64,000 nt of DNA from Parachlamydiales bacterium. Lineage in GTDB: Bacteria; Chlamydiota; Chlamydiia; Chlamydiales; SM23-39. Of the stretch, positions 30,503 to 40,356 are shown piece after piece. Both the position numbers and the translations under genes were made by a program. The stretch spans positions 11,954-75,953 of the forward strand of contig JAFGFA010000014.1 in the NCBI GenBank assembly GCA_016931275.1, in the 5' to 3' direction. The notes beneath the pieces were generated by a model. It saw nothing but the letters and a program-made list of their open reading frames with translations, was not told the origin of the DNA and did no database searches. How positions within the stretch are numbered: the first letter of the stretch is position 1; each line of letters opens with the position of its first letter.

Positions 30503-32587
30503 ATGAGACTTGAAAACTTTCTTATTTTTTCCGGACTAGCAGCATTATCTTATGGAGCTTTAATGATCCGATCGATTCTTGCTAAAGACAAAGGAAATGA
30601 AAAAATGCAAGCAATTGCAACAGCTATTCAAGAAGGGGCCAAAGCTTATTTAAATCGTCAATATGCCATTATCAGTATAGTCGGTGCGGTCATCTTCTGT
30701 ATTCTCCTTTGGCTGCTTGGTATTTTGGTCGCTTGCGGTTTTGCCATTGGCGCTGTTCTTTCAGGTCTTGCCGGATATATAGGAATGAATATTTCTGTAC
30801 GTGGTAATGTGCGAACAGCACAAGCTGCTCGAAAAGGACTGCAGCCAGCTCTAAGCATTGCTTTTCGCAGTGGAGCCATTACGGGCATGCTTGTTGTAGG
30901 ACTAGCAATCCTAGGAATTACGATTTATTATCTCATATTACAACACTACCAAGTTCCTATCCGGCTTATTCTAGAAGCGTTGGTCGGATTAAGCTTTGGC
31001 GCTTCTCTCATTTCTATCTTTGCCCGGTTAGGAGGAGGCATCTTCACTAAAGGAGCGGATGTTGGAGCAGATCTAGTAGGAAAATTAGAAGCGGGAATTC
31101 CCGAAGATGATCCAAGAAACCCTGCTGTAATCAGTGATAACGTAGGCGATAACGTAGGCGACTGTGCCGGTATGGCTGCAGACCTCTTTGAGACCTATGT
31201 AGTTACCATTGTGGGAAGCATGTTGTTAGGAGCTCTTTTTTTTAAAGATCCCATTCAATCAAAGATGATCTTGTATCCTCTGGGAATAGGTGCTCTATGT
31301 ATTATCGCTTCTTTAATCGGAACCTTTTTTGTCCGCATAGGAAAATCACAAAGTATCATGGGGGCTCTCTATAAGGGTTTTATAGCTTCGGCCATCCTTT
31401 CAGCCATTGCTATCGCCTTTTTCACACAACATTGGATCGGATTGGAATCCCCTATCTATACAATTGACAACACAAAATTCAATGGATTAAATATTTTTTA
31501 TTGCGTACTGACAGGTCTTGTCGTCACAGGACTTTTAATGTGGATCACAGAATATTATACCTCCACACGATTCCGACCGGTACAACGCATTGCTCGAGCA
31601 TCGACAACAGGACATGCTACCAATATCATACAAGGATTAGCCACTTCTTTAGAATCGACCGCTTTACCTATCATTATCATTTCTGCCGGAATTTTATTTT
31701 CTTATCTCAATGCAGAGCTTTTCGGAGTAGCGATTGCAGCAACTAGCATGCTAGCACTTGCAGGAATGATCATTGCCCTAGATGCCTATGGCCCCGTAAC
31801 AGACAACGCCGGCGGGATTGCCGAAATGGCAAAACTTCCCGCTAATGTACGTGCTATCACGGATTCTTTAGATGCGGTCGGCAATACTACAAAAGCTGTC
31901 ACAAAAGGATATGCTATCGCCTCTGCCGGTTTCGCTGCATTAGTCCTTTTCGCTGCTTTTTTTGAAGATCTCGATTATTATTTTCCCGATCTAGACACGC
32001 AATTTTTCCTGCAAGATCCTTATGTCGTCATCGGTCTTTTCATTGGAGGATTACTCCCCTATCTCTTCGCATCTATTAGCATGACTTCTGTCAGTCATGC
32101 AGCAGCTTCTATTGTTCAAGAAGTAAGAAGACAGTTCAAAGAAATACCAGGGATCATGACAGAAAAAGCGAAACCTGATTATGGTCGAGCTGTTGATATT
32201 CTTACCAAAGCTGCGATCAAAGAAATGATCTATCCTTCTTTACTTCCGGTTCTTTCTCCTATAATTCTTTATGGAGCTATCTATACCGTTGCTGGGCAAA
32301 AACCTGCTCTCATCTCACTAGGATCCATGCTTTTAGGCGTGGTTATTACAGGTCTTTTTGTCGCTATTTCCATGACAGGTGGAGGAGGCGCTTGGGACAA
32401 TGCAAAAAAATACATTGAGGAAGGCAATTTGGGAGGAAAAGGTTCTTTAGCTCATAAAGCGGCTGTGACTGGTGACACTGTAGGAGATCCATACAAAGAT
32501 ACTGCAGGACCTGCCATTAATCCCATGATAAAAATTACGAATATTGTCGCTTTGTTGTTATTAGCTATTTTATCGAAAAAATTTTAA
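30503..32587 (+). CDS. hppA: membrane-bound proton/sodium-translocating pyrophosphatase
   Basis: [34 protein letters not shown] and [20 protein letters not shown] 30503 is preferred over GTG 30494. Confidence 0.93.
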   Translation: MRLENFLIFSGLAALSYGALMIRSILAKDKGNEKMQAIATAIQEGAKAYLNRQYAIISIVGAVIFCILLWLLGILVACGFAIGAVLSGLAGYIGMNISVRGNVRTAQAARKGLQPALSIAFRSGAITGMLVVGLAILGITIYYLILQHYQVPIRLILEALVGLSFGASLISIFARLGGGIFTKGADVGADLVGKLEAGIPEDDPRNPAVISDNVGDNVGDCAGMAADLFETYVVTIVGSMLLGALFFKDPIQSKMILYPLGIGALCIIASLIGTFFVRIGKSQSIMGALYKGFIASAILSAIAIAFFTQHWIGLESPIYTIDNTKFNGLNIFYCVLTGLVVTGLLMWITEYYTSTRFRPVQRIARASTTGHATNIIQGLATSLESTALPIIIISAGILFSYLNAELFGVAIAATSMLALAGMIIALDAYGPVTDNAGGIAEMAKLPANVRAITDSLDAVGNTTKAVTKGYAIASAGFAALVLFAAFFEDLDYYFPDLDTQFFLQDPYVVIGLFIGGLLPYLFASISMTSVSHAAASIVQEVRRQFKEIPGIMTEKAKPDYGRAVDILTKAAIKEMIYPSLLPVLSPIILYGAIYTVAGQKPALISLGSMLLGVVITGLFVAISMTGGGGAWDNAKKYIEEGNLGGKGSLAHKAAVTGDTVGDPYKDTAGPAINPMIKITNIVALLLLAILSKKF

Positions 32588-32592
32588 AACTT

Positions 32593-33867
32593 TTAGCTAA
32601 GGATAATTTTCTGAGCACATATATCTACAGCTTTTTTGATACTGTTTTCAGAAACAGAAAGAAATCGATAATTTTCAACAATTTTTTTTCCAGAAATAAT
32701 TACCGTATGAGGCTTAGTATCTGGAGCATTATATATAAGGGTAGACAAAAAGTTTTTGTAACATCTAGGAACAAAAGTGCTCGAGTTTAATGACCAGAGA
32801 AGAATATCCGCGGGTTGCTTTTCACAAATATACGTTATTGGCTTTTTACCTAAAATACGATATCCGTTCGTTGTAACCCAATCCCACAAAACATGTAACT
32901 GTACAGTATCCACATCATGATTGATTGCAGAAAAAATGAGAGAAGCAAAATAAGCTTCATTAAAAATATTGTTGGTATTGTTATTACTACATGCATCGGT
33001 TCCCAAAGCAATTGTCACATTATTTTCTAATAAACATTTTATAGGAGCTATACCTGCGGCAGTTTTTGCATTACTTACGGGACAATGAATAACAGAAGCA
33101 TTATTTTTAGCAATAATTTTAACCTCTTCTTCATCGATGCTCACAGCATGTATTAGATTCCAATAAGAATGAAGAACCTTAAGTTCTTCCAGCAAACGAA
33201 CAGGAGTAGTTTTACGACTTTTAAAACAAGAGGCAACAGAAGCAGCGCCTTCACTAATATGCATATTCACTTTAGTATTATATTTTTTCGCCAAATTATC
33301 CAATAACACCAAAAGATCATTTGAGGCACTTTCTACAGAGGCACTTCCAATATGAATATCAATATCATCGGTCTTTTGTGTATAAAAATCAGAGAAAGAT
33401 TTTTCAATATTTGCAAAGTTATCTTGTTTCGGGGCTATGCCATGCCCTTCCCACTTGTCGTTAAAAAAACAAGTCACAGCTCCTTTTATTCCCAAATCTT
33501 TATAAGCTTGTATGACAGGAAGAGGCTTAGAAGCTACAGAATAGATAGTTGTAGATCCAGTCTTCACAGCTTCCATTAAAACAAGAACTGCCTGTACATA
33601 TCTATCTTGATCTGTTTTTTGATATAAGGCATGCATTTTATCCAGTAATCGAGTGATATGAAGATCATCCAATAATCTCCTGTCGAACAATTGATTGGGA
33701 TGAAGATGACTATTCACTAATCCTGGAGTAACAAAAAAATCTTCGTCACAAAATTCCTTAAGATTTTCATCAACAATAGTACATTTATCGATCGTTGATG
33801 AATATTCGAGATTTACCCTACAATACCCTAATTTTTCATGCAGTATAATCACGTTTTGTAATAGCAT
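32593..33867 (-). CDS. amidohydrolase-superfamily deaminase (MtaD/SsnA/guanine deaminase-like)
   Basis: Metal-binding NSHLHPNQ (HxH) near aa 50, HISEG, HCPVSN and GTDA motifs. Substrate not assignable. Confidence 0.72.
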   Translation of the reverse strand: MLLQNVIILHEKLGYCRVNLEYSSTIDKCTIVDENLKEFCDEDFFVTPGLVNSHLHPNQLFDRRLLDDLHITRLLDKMHALYQKTDQDRYVQAVLVLMEAVKTGSTTIYSVASKPLPVIQAYKDLGIKGAVTCFFNDKWEGHGIAPKQDNFANIEKSFSDFYTQKTDDIDIHIGSASVESASNDLLVLLDNLAKKYNTKVNMHISEGAASVASCFKSRKTTPVRLLEELKVLHSYWNLIHAVSIDEEEVKIIAKNNASVIHCPVSNAKTAAGIAPIKCLLENNVTIALGTDACSNNNTNNIFNEAYFASLIFSAINHDVDTVQLHVLWDWVTTNGYRILGKKPITYICEKQPADILLWSLNSSTFVPRCYKNFLSTLIYNAPDTKPHTVIISGKKIVENYRFLSVSENSIKKAVDICAQKIILS

Positions 33868-33951
33868 AGATATATTCGTCTCCTCAATAACCAGAACTTG
33901 TTTTCCCTTTTTAAGGGAAAAATGTATAACATTTTTTATCTATAAAAGATT

Positions 33952-34467
33952 TTATTTTCGAACTTTTATAGAGTTTTTTCGCAGCATATTCGCCAAAGAT
34001 GACAATTCTTCTTGTGGAGAAGTTGCTCTTGTGCCAGGACGATATAAAAAGACGCGAGGTTCATATTGATATACCCCTGCATCCCCTTCCTTGCGTGGTA
34101 AAATATGTAAGTGAAAATGAGGAACACTCTGACCCGCATTTTTCCCTTCATTCCAAGCAAAATTAAATCCTTCAGCATTAAAAACATTTTTAAGTTGAGA
34201 ACAAATGATAGTTTTGAGTTCCAATATAGCTTTCCATTCATCAAAAGAAAGTTCCATACTTTTAGAGACCATTCTTTTAGGGCAGACTAATACATGCCCC
34301 GGAACAATAGGTGTTTTAGTAAGAAAAGCAATAGCAAGATTATTTTCAGCTACGGTTCTCAACGGAACAGTCGGATCATCCAAAAAATTAACTTGCTTAG
34401 ACTCTGGATCCTGAGCAAAAACAACCGAAACAAAAAAAATAAAAAAAATAAGATTTTTTTTCAACAC
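33952..34467 (-). CDS. HIT-family protein with N-terminal signal-like extension
   Basis: Histidine triad HFHLHILP and GHVLVCPKR. N-terminus MLKKNLIFFIFFVSVVFAQDP. Confidence 0.82.
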   Translation of the reverse strand: MLKKNLIFFIFFVSVVFAQDPESKQVNFLDDPTVPLRTVAENNLAIAFLTKTPIVPGHVLVCPKRMVSKSMELSFDEWKAILELKTIICSQLKNVFNAEGFNFAWNEGKNAGQSVPHFHLHILPRKEGDAGVYQYEPRVFLYRPGTRATSPQEELSSLANMLRKNSIKVRK

Positions 34468-34703
34468 AGACTACCTCTATTCTGATAAGCAAATTTTATT
34501 GGAAATAATAGATATTCTATTTTAGTTTTTAAAACAAGTGATTTAATCTGGATGTTTTCATGGATCTACACTACACCTAATTAAATTTTTAATTAAGCGG
34601 TGCATTCATTTCTTGAACCGAAGTCTCAAAATCATAGCCATACACCAGCTTTTTTATTCTTATGGCTTAAAAAAATTTAAAACATTTTTTGGAAGAATGA
34701 AGG

Positions 34704-36131
34704 TTACCCTTTAATCACAAGATGAGGTTGCAAACGAGCAACTGAGCGTGCTAATTTAGCCTCTTGTACCGCAAGGACCACCTCATCAACGTTTTTATAA
34801 GCATCTGGCATTTCTTCTGCGACGGTGTTCATCGAAGTCGCCATGACATGGACCCCCTGTTGCAGCATAAAAGATTGCAGATCTTTTCCTTTCCATGCCT
34901 TCATCGATTGTATGCGACTATGGATCCGTCCAGCACCGTGGCAACAGCTAGACCAGGTTAAGGGATTACCGAGTCCAGCGAGCAAATAACTTGCAGATCC
35001 CATATCTCCAGGAACAAGAACAGGCTGTCCTGTTTTCTGAAACAGCATATTCAGCTCTTTAGCCTCAGGGCCGAAAGCCCTGGTGGCACCTTTTCTATGC
35101 ACACAAAGCTTCTTGATTTGCCCATCGACCCTATGTTCTTCGAATTTTGCAATGTTATGACACACATCGTAAAGAAGAGCTACTTTTTCTTTGTTGATAT
35201 TTAAGATCTCTTCTACAGAAATTCTCACTAAATGAAGCATCTGCTGACGATTGTTAAAAGCAAAATTTGCAGCAGATGCCATCGCTTCAAAATATTTTTT
35301 TGCGTGAACAGAACGTAAAGGAGCTGCAACAAGCTGTTTATCGGGAAGATCCCTAGCAAAACCCTTTTTAATAAAATCATTTAAAGTATCCTGACATATC
35401 TGATGTCCAAAACCCCGAGATCCTGAATGGATCAACACATACATCTGCCCCTCTAGGATATTCCATGAGGCCGCAATTTTCGGCAGAAAAATCTTTTGCA
35501 CTTTCCCTATCTCGATAAAATGGTTTCCCGATCCCACAGAACCGAGCTGTTTTTTCCCTCTTTCTTTTGCATGAGAAGAAACACTCTCAATGTTAGCACC
35601 TGAAATACACCCATTGCTCTCTATATGCTCAAGGTCTTCTAAAAAACCATACCCTTGTTCCACCGACCATCGAGCTCCTTTTTCGGCAATGTTTTTATAG
35701 TCGCTATCCGATAAAGGCTTTGTCTGTTTTCTTTCAGAACCTATCCCAGAGGGAATTCTGCGAAAAATACTTTTAAGCAGATTTTCTTTTGTCTCTTCGG
35801 ATAAGTGGTCGAACATTTCCGGTATAAGGGCCAATCGAACACCGCAATTAATATCATATCCTACTCCACCGGGACTAATAACACCTTCCTCCAGGTCCAT
35901 AGCCGCCACGCCTCCGATAGGAAATCCGTATCCCCAATGAATATCGGGCATGGCAATACTATATCCCACAATTCCGGGAAGATATGCGACATTCTTCACT
36001 TGTTCAAGCGGTCTTTCTATATCCTTCTCTTGCAATAATTTTTCCGTAGCGATAATTAAGCCGGGTACATGCATCCCCTCTGTTTTAGGAAGTTCGTACA
36101 TGGAAGGTCCTTTCTTTTGCAAATCAAACAT
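34704..36131 (-). CDS. rtcB: RNA 3'-phosphate/2',3'-cyclic phosphate--5'-OH ligase RtcB
   Basis: 475 aa. Motifs MPDIHWGYGFPIGGV, GYDINCGVR, GSGNHF, HSGSRGFGHQ and CCHGAGR. Confidence 0.93.
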   Translation of the reverse strand: MFDLQKKGPSMYELPKTEGMHVPGLIIATEKLLQEKDIERPLEQVKNVAYLPGIVGYSIAMPDIHWGYGFPIGGVAAMDLEEGVISPGGVGYDINCGVRLALIPEMFDHLSEETKENLLKSIFRRIPSGIGSERKQTKPLSDSDYKNIAEKGARWSVEQGYGFLEDLEHIESNGCISGANIESVSSHAKERGKKQLGSVGSGNHFIEIGKVQKIFLPKIAASWNILEGQMYVLIHSGSRGFGHQICQDTLNDFIKKGFARDLPDKQLVAAPLRSVHAKKYFEAMASAANFAFNNRQQMLHLVRISVEEILNINKEKVALLYDVCHNIAKFEEHRVDGQIKKLCVHRKGATRAFGPEAKELNMLFQKTGQPVLVPGDMGSASYLLAGLGNPLTWSSCCHGAGRIHSRIQSMKAWKGKDLQSFMLQQGVHVMATSMNTVAEEMPDAYKNVDEVVLAVQEAKLARSVARLQPHLVIKG

Positions 36132-36912
36132 CTATGACCATCTCCCACTCAAAAAACCTATCATTTTTCTTTTGTAATTGTCCATGAAAGCTCACCGCTT
36201 TTATTCCGATACCTATCTCTCTATCGACATCAGCAACAATAGTGTTCAAATCGATAATAATTTCCTCCAAAGAACTTCTCGATGGCATTGGTTTATAATA
36301 GGAACTCAGCATAGGAAAAGAAAAAGCAAGGGCAATAAAAGCATGATGGAAAATTTCTTTCAAATCCCTTCCTCGAATAATATAGGCCATATCCGCCGTA
36401 TGTTCCCTCCCTTCAAAAGGTCTTATGAAGGGGTGTTTCCACAAAATGCGATAATGAGAGTTACCCAGACTTTCATACAACTGTATATGGGTAATCATCA
36501 TCGGCAAGGGAAAAAAGCTTTTTTCCCATTCTATGGGACTAAATTTTCCCCTGGATATCGTCATATGAAAAAGAGTCTCTCTCTGAAGGTTTTCGATAAT
36601 CTTTTTTTCGACTAATTTTGCAATGAGCCTATTTTGCCAATCCGTTACTTCTTCTCCTCCGTCAAGCCATCTTCCCTCCCAAGCAACAACACGCATCTCC
36701 CTTTTAGGTAAAAATACACATCGATGAAACAAGCCTACTTTTCCTAGGGAAAAAGGAAAAGAGGGAACCAAAGAGACTAATTCTTCCACTTTTCCTGAAT
36801 ACTCTGGGATAAACGCGACCGTAAGATGACGAAATTCCGGAAAAATAATCTTTCCGGATGGAAAAGAATCCGGCCATGGTGCCTCGACAGAAAAGCCAAA
36901 AAAAAGACGCAT
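36124..36912 (-). CDS. fusion protein: 2H phosphoesterase (LigT/ThpR-like) + archease
   Basis: From ATG 36912: MRLFFGF, then two HxT/S motifs (HLTVAF and HMTISR), then an archease-like C-terminus (EGREHTADMAYIIRGRDLKEIFHHAFIALAF...IKAVSFHGQLQKK...WEMVIDV). The stop overlaps the rtcB start by 8 nt. The track ORF extends to 36975. Confidence 0.75.
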   Translation of the reverse strand: MRLFFGFSVEAPWPDSFPSGKIIFPEFRHLTVAFIPEYSGKVEELVSLVPSFPFSLGKVGLFHRCVFLPKREMRVVAWEGRWLDGGEEVTDWQNRLIAKLVEKKIIENLQRETLFHMTISRGKFSPIEWEKSFFPLPMMITHIQLYESLGNSHYRILWKHPFIRPFEGREHTADMAYIIRGRDLKEIFHHAFIALAFSFPMLSSYYKPMPSRSSLEEIIIDLNTIVADVDREIGIGIKAVSFHGQLQKKNDRFFEWEMVIDV

Positions 36913-37069
36913 AGCATTCCTATTGCTTCTTTCCCTCTTATAGGAAGAGCATGAAAAAAAATCACGTTTTTTCACTACTCTGCATTTTCCGCTTACTATT
37001 TTTTCATGGATAGGGATGAAAAAAATGATCTTCTACGATATAAATAGTCCTATTTAATGGGAGAAATTT

Positions 37070-37579
37070 ATGGAAACTTTACAGGCTATTTTTACTCGAA
37101 GGAGTATTCGGAAATTTAACACAAAAAGCATCTCCCGGGAACAGATAAAAACTCTGTTACAAGCAGCCATGAGCGCTCCTTCTGCCAGAAACCAACAACC
37201 ATGGCAATTTATTGTGATCCAAAAAAAAGAACTTTTGAAGAAAATTCCTGCTCTCAATCCCAATGCAGCAATGTGCAAAGAAGCCCCATTAGCCATTCTT
37301 ATTTGCGGAGACCTCGACAAGGAAATTTCTACGGGATATTGGGTTCAAGACTGTGCTGCCGCTACCCAAAACCTATTACTTGCAGCCCATGCGTTACATT
37401 TAGGCGCTGTTTGGACCGGAGTGTATCCAAGAGAAGAAAGGATAAAGGGACTCCAAGAACTCCTTTCTATTCCTCAAAATGCTATTCCCTTTTCTCTCGT
37501 CGTCATCGGTCATCCTGAAGAAACAAAAGAAACTATTTCCCGTTATCTTGAAGAACGGATTCATTTCGACACTTGGTGA
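37070..37579 (+). CDS. nitroreductase-family protein
   Basis: IFTRRSIRKF, SAPSARNQQPWQF, 169 aa. Confidence 0.85.
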   Translation: METLQAIFTRRSIRKFNTKSISREQIKTLLQAAMSAPSARNQQPWQFIVIQKKELLKKIPALNPNAAMCKEAPLAILICGDLDKEISTGYWVQDCAAATQNLLLAAHALHLGAVWTGVYPREERIKGLQELLSIPQNAIPFSLVVIGHPEETKETISRYLEERIHFDTW

Positions 37580-37826
37580 TCTTTTCTTTTCGTAATTTTT
37601 CTTCTTGAGCTCTTTTTCCTCCAAAGGCATAGGAAGAAGAGCAACAACCGTTTTGAAATACCACTCGATGACAGGGAATTTTAGCCGGATCTTGATTTTG
37701 ATGAAGAGCAAAGCCCACTATTCTGGGAGTTGTTCCTACAATTTTTGCAATTTCTCCGTAGGTACGGGTTTCTCCAAGAGGAATTCTTTGCACTGCCTGA
37801 TAAATCTTCGAAAAAATTTCACCCAT
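37533..37826 (-). CDS. MGMT-family protein, C-terminal DNA-binding/active-site domain only (97 aa)
   Basis: IPLGETRTYGEIAKIVG...IPCHRVV retains the PCHRV active-site Cys. Convergent 47-nt overlap with the nitroreductase gene. Confidence 0.75.
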   Translation of the reverse strand: MGEIFSKIYQAVQRIPLGETRTYGEIAKIVGTTPRIVGFALHQNQDPAKIPCHRVVFQNGCCSSSYAFGGKRAQEEKLRKEKITKCRNESVLQDNGK

Positions 37827-37902
37827 GATGAATACTCCTTATTTAACAAAATATTGCTCTATCATACAATGACGGACAATTAATCAAAAATAGTGAGGCA
37901 TT

Positions 37903-38055
37903 ATGCGTAGAAAAATTTCCAGTCCTAATCCCCAACAAAAAAAGCTACAAAAAACAGAAGAAAAAATTCAAGAAACAGAAATGAAAGAGGAAGTGATCAA
38001 CAAACTAACGGAAGAAAAACGCAAACAAGGAATGACCTCTCAGTTCAAAAAGTAA
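37903..38055 (+). CDS. possible small Lys/Glu-rich protein (50 aa)
   Basis: Own reading: ATG 37903 after GTGAGG gives MRRKISSPNPQQKKLQKTEEKIQETEMKEEVINKLTEEKRKQGMTSQFKK. It is below the ORF-track size cut-off and has no homology evidence. Confidence 0.2.
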   Translation: MRRKISSPNPQQKKLQKTEEKIQETEMKEEVINKLTEEKRKQGMTSQFKK

Positions 38056-38089
38056 AAAAACAAAGACAATTTCTATCATAGAGTTTTTA

Positions 38090-38875
38090 TTAGGAAATCT
38101 TTTTAAAGGTTTCCTCAAAAGGATCTTTGTGCTGTTGTAATATCTTATGATCAGTTAACTCATTAATCTGAATAGGAACTACAGTAATATATCCCTGTTT
38201 CAACAAGGCTATATCCGTATCTTCTTCCTCAACAACATCCGCCCATTTGCCTCCTAGCCAATAATAGTGTCTCCCCTCCGGATGAATGCGTTGCACAGGA
38301 TTTTCCGTTAAATATCCCTGACCATGACGAACCATTCGAAATCCTTTGATCTCTAAAGAGCTTTGAGGAAACGTTACATTAACTAATGTTCCGATAGGAA
38401 GAGGATTATTTAAAAAATACTGAATGATTGGATGGATATACTTTTCTAATTTTTCATAACTAGGCTCATAAAAATCATCTATAGAGAATGCAATACCGGG
38501 AATCTGTCGAAGGGTCCCTTCGATGATCCCTCCTACCGTTCCGCTGTAGAAAATATTCCGCCCAGAATTTGCTCCCCTATTAATTCCAGAAAGAATCAAA
38601 TCAGGTTTTTTTTTCAAGATGACGCTAATAGCCATCTTCACACAATCCGCAGGCGTACCATTCACACTCCAAGCAGGAATTTTATCTTGCCATGGGAAAG
38701 GATGAATGTGCAAAGGCTTGTTGATAGATGTAGAAACCCCCGCTCCCGATTTCTCAGAAGAAGGCGCCACAATAGCAAATTCATACTCAGCCTTTTTTAA
38801 AGAAGTGCTTAGAGTAAGGATTCCAGGAGCATGGATTCCATCATCATTCGTGATCAAAATATATGGATTTTTCAT
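38090..38875 (-). CDS. surE: 5'/3'-nucleotidase SurE
   Basis: ILITNDDGIHAPGI N-terminus and GINRGANSG, 261 aa. Confidence 0.92.
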   Translation of the reverse strand: MKNPYILITNDDGIHAPGILTLSTSLKKAEYEFAIVAPSSEKSGAGVSTSINKPLHIHPFPWQDKIPAWSVNGTPADCVKMAISVILKKKPDLILSGINRGANSGRNIFYSGTVGGIIEGTLRQIPGIAFSIDDFYEPSYEKLEKYIHPIIQYFLNNPLPIGTLVNVTFPQSSLEIKGFRMVRHGQGYLTENPVQRIHPEGRHYYWLGGKWADVVEEEDTDIALLKQGYITVVPIQINELTDHKILQQHKDPFEETFKKIS

Positions 38876-38896
38876 ATTTTCCCTTAATTATTTTAA

Positions 38897-40336
38897 CTAT
38901 AATTTATTTAAATTTTTAGTTTTTTTCAAGTTGTTTGAAGAGATAGAAGAAACTATATAAATAAAAAACAGACTCACTAAAAAAGCGGGCATCATAGAAG
39001 GAATATTCCAAGGCAAATATCTATTCATATAAGGCCAAATACCTGCAATACATCCTCCTGAAAGGATCCCTGCCATCGCCCCATGCTTAGTAATTTTTTG
39101 AGAGTACAAAGAAAAAAGCACTAAAGGACCAAAAGAAGATCCTATCCCAGACCAGGAATAAAACACCAGTTGATAGATCGTAGAAATCTTAAAAAGAGCT
39201 ATGACAAAAGCACAGAGGCCAACACCAACAACGCTTATTTTAGAGACAATCAACAACTCCTTATGGGAAGGTTTTTTAGCAACAAATCGAGGATACAAAT
39301 CTTCAGAAATACTAGAAGCCACCACTAATATTTGCGCAGCCATGACATTCGTGCTTGCCGCCAAAACTGCACATAAAACAATAACGGAAAAAAGAGGGAA
39401 AAACGTCTGTTTCACAATTTCTAAAATAACAAGCTCTGGATTTTCAAGACTATGAGGAAAAAGATAGATACCGATAAGACCGATCATCGTCGCTGTGGCC
39501 AAGGTAATAAACTGCCAAGAAATACCGACCCATTTTGCCTTATGCATTTCCTCAATTTTTTTTATTCCCATAAATTTTGTAAGGATATGCGGCTGCCCAA
39601 AATATCCTAACCCCCACCCGCAGGAAATAAGCACAATCTCCATCAATGTCTTCCTATGAAAATCTGGGAAAAGGGTTGTCGTTAGATTGCGCATTTTTAT
39701 AGCTTCGAAAATCGAGGAAATTCCTCCGCAATGGGGAATAAGATAAAAAGGAATAAAAAGAAGTACCAATAAGATAAAAAGGCCTTGTACGAGGTCTATC
39801 CAGGCAAGAGTGACATATCCACCCAAAAAAAGATAAAAAACGACAAACAAAAGCCCGCAAGTAATACCAACCCAATAGGGCAAGCCAAAAAGAGATTCTG
39901 CAAGATATCCTGTCCCTACAAGCCCTGCAGAGATATAGAAAAGAAAAAACACCAGGGTCATGATGGCCGAGACAATACGAATCGCTCCGGAAGAATCCTT
40001 AAATCGCCGCTCAAAATAGGTATTTAAGGTGAGGCTCTGCAGCGCTTCGGTCTCTCTTCGAAGCCTTGGAGCAATCAACTGCCAATTGAGGAACATAAAG
40101 AACACCAATCCTACAGCCGCCCATGCATTAAATAATCCTGTAGTAAAAATCAAAGCGGGATATCCCATGAATAGCCAATTACTCATGTCACTGGCATGAG
40201 CGGAAAGAGCGGTTAAGTAAAAATTCAAAGATCGATTGCCTAAGACAAACTGCGTATCCGATTTTTGTTTCCGATAACTAAAAAAAGTTACGAGAAGAAT
40301 AAAGGCAAAATAGGCCAGAAAAATGCTCAATTCCAT
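38897..40336 (-). CDS. putP: sodium:solute symporter, PutP-like (sodium/proline)
   Basis: 479 aa SSS family. FVLGNRSLNFYLTALSAHASDMSNWLFMGYPALIF resembles the PutP N-terminal signature. Confidence 0.75.
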   Translation of the reverse strand: MELSIFLAYFAFILLVTFFSYRKQKSDTQFVLGNRSLNFYLTALSAHASDMSNWLFMGYPALIFTTGLFNAWAAVGLVFFMFLNWQLIAPRLRRETEALQSLTLNTYFERRFKDSSGAIRIVSAIMTLVFFLFYISAGLVGTGYLAESLFGLPYWVGITCGLLFVVFYLFLGGYVTLAWIDLVQGLFILLVLLFIPFYLIPHCGGISSIFEAIKMRNLTTTLFPDFHRKTLMEIVLISCGWGLGYFGQPHILTKFMGIKKIEEMHKAKWVGISWQFITLATATMIGLIGIYLFPHSLENPELVILEIVKQTFFPLFSVIVLCAVLAASTNVMAAQILVVASSISEDLYPRFVAKKPSHKELLIVSKISVVGVGLCAFVIALFKISTIYQLVFYSWSGIGSSFGPLVLFSLYSQKITKHGAMAGILSGGCIAGIWPYMNRYLPWNIPSMMPAFLVSLFFIYIVSSISSNNLKKTKNLNKL

Positions 40337-40356
40337 AGATTATCTTTTTTGAAATA

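Noticed and set aside
31136-31159. Perfect tandem 12-bp duplication GATAACGTAGGC x2 inside hppA
   Set aside because: It encodes the universally conserved H+-PPase motif DNVGDNVGD. It is a protein-level repeat, not a mobile or slippage element.
34578-34595. AT-only palindrome TAATTAAATTTTTAATTA, and a 7-bp stem AGCCATA/TATGGCT (34636-34668), downstream of rtcB
   Set aside because: The first is a low-complexity AT palindrome. The stem has an 18-nt loop and no U-tract, so it is not a convincing intrinsic terminator.
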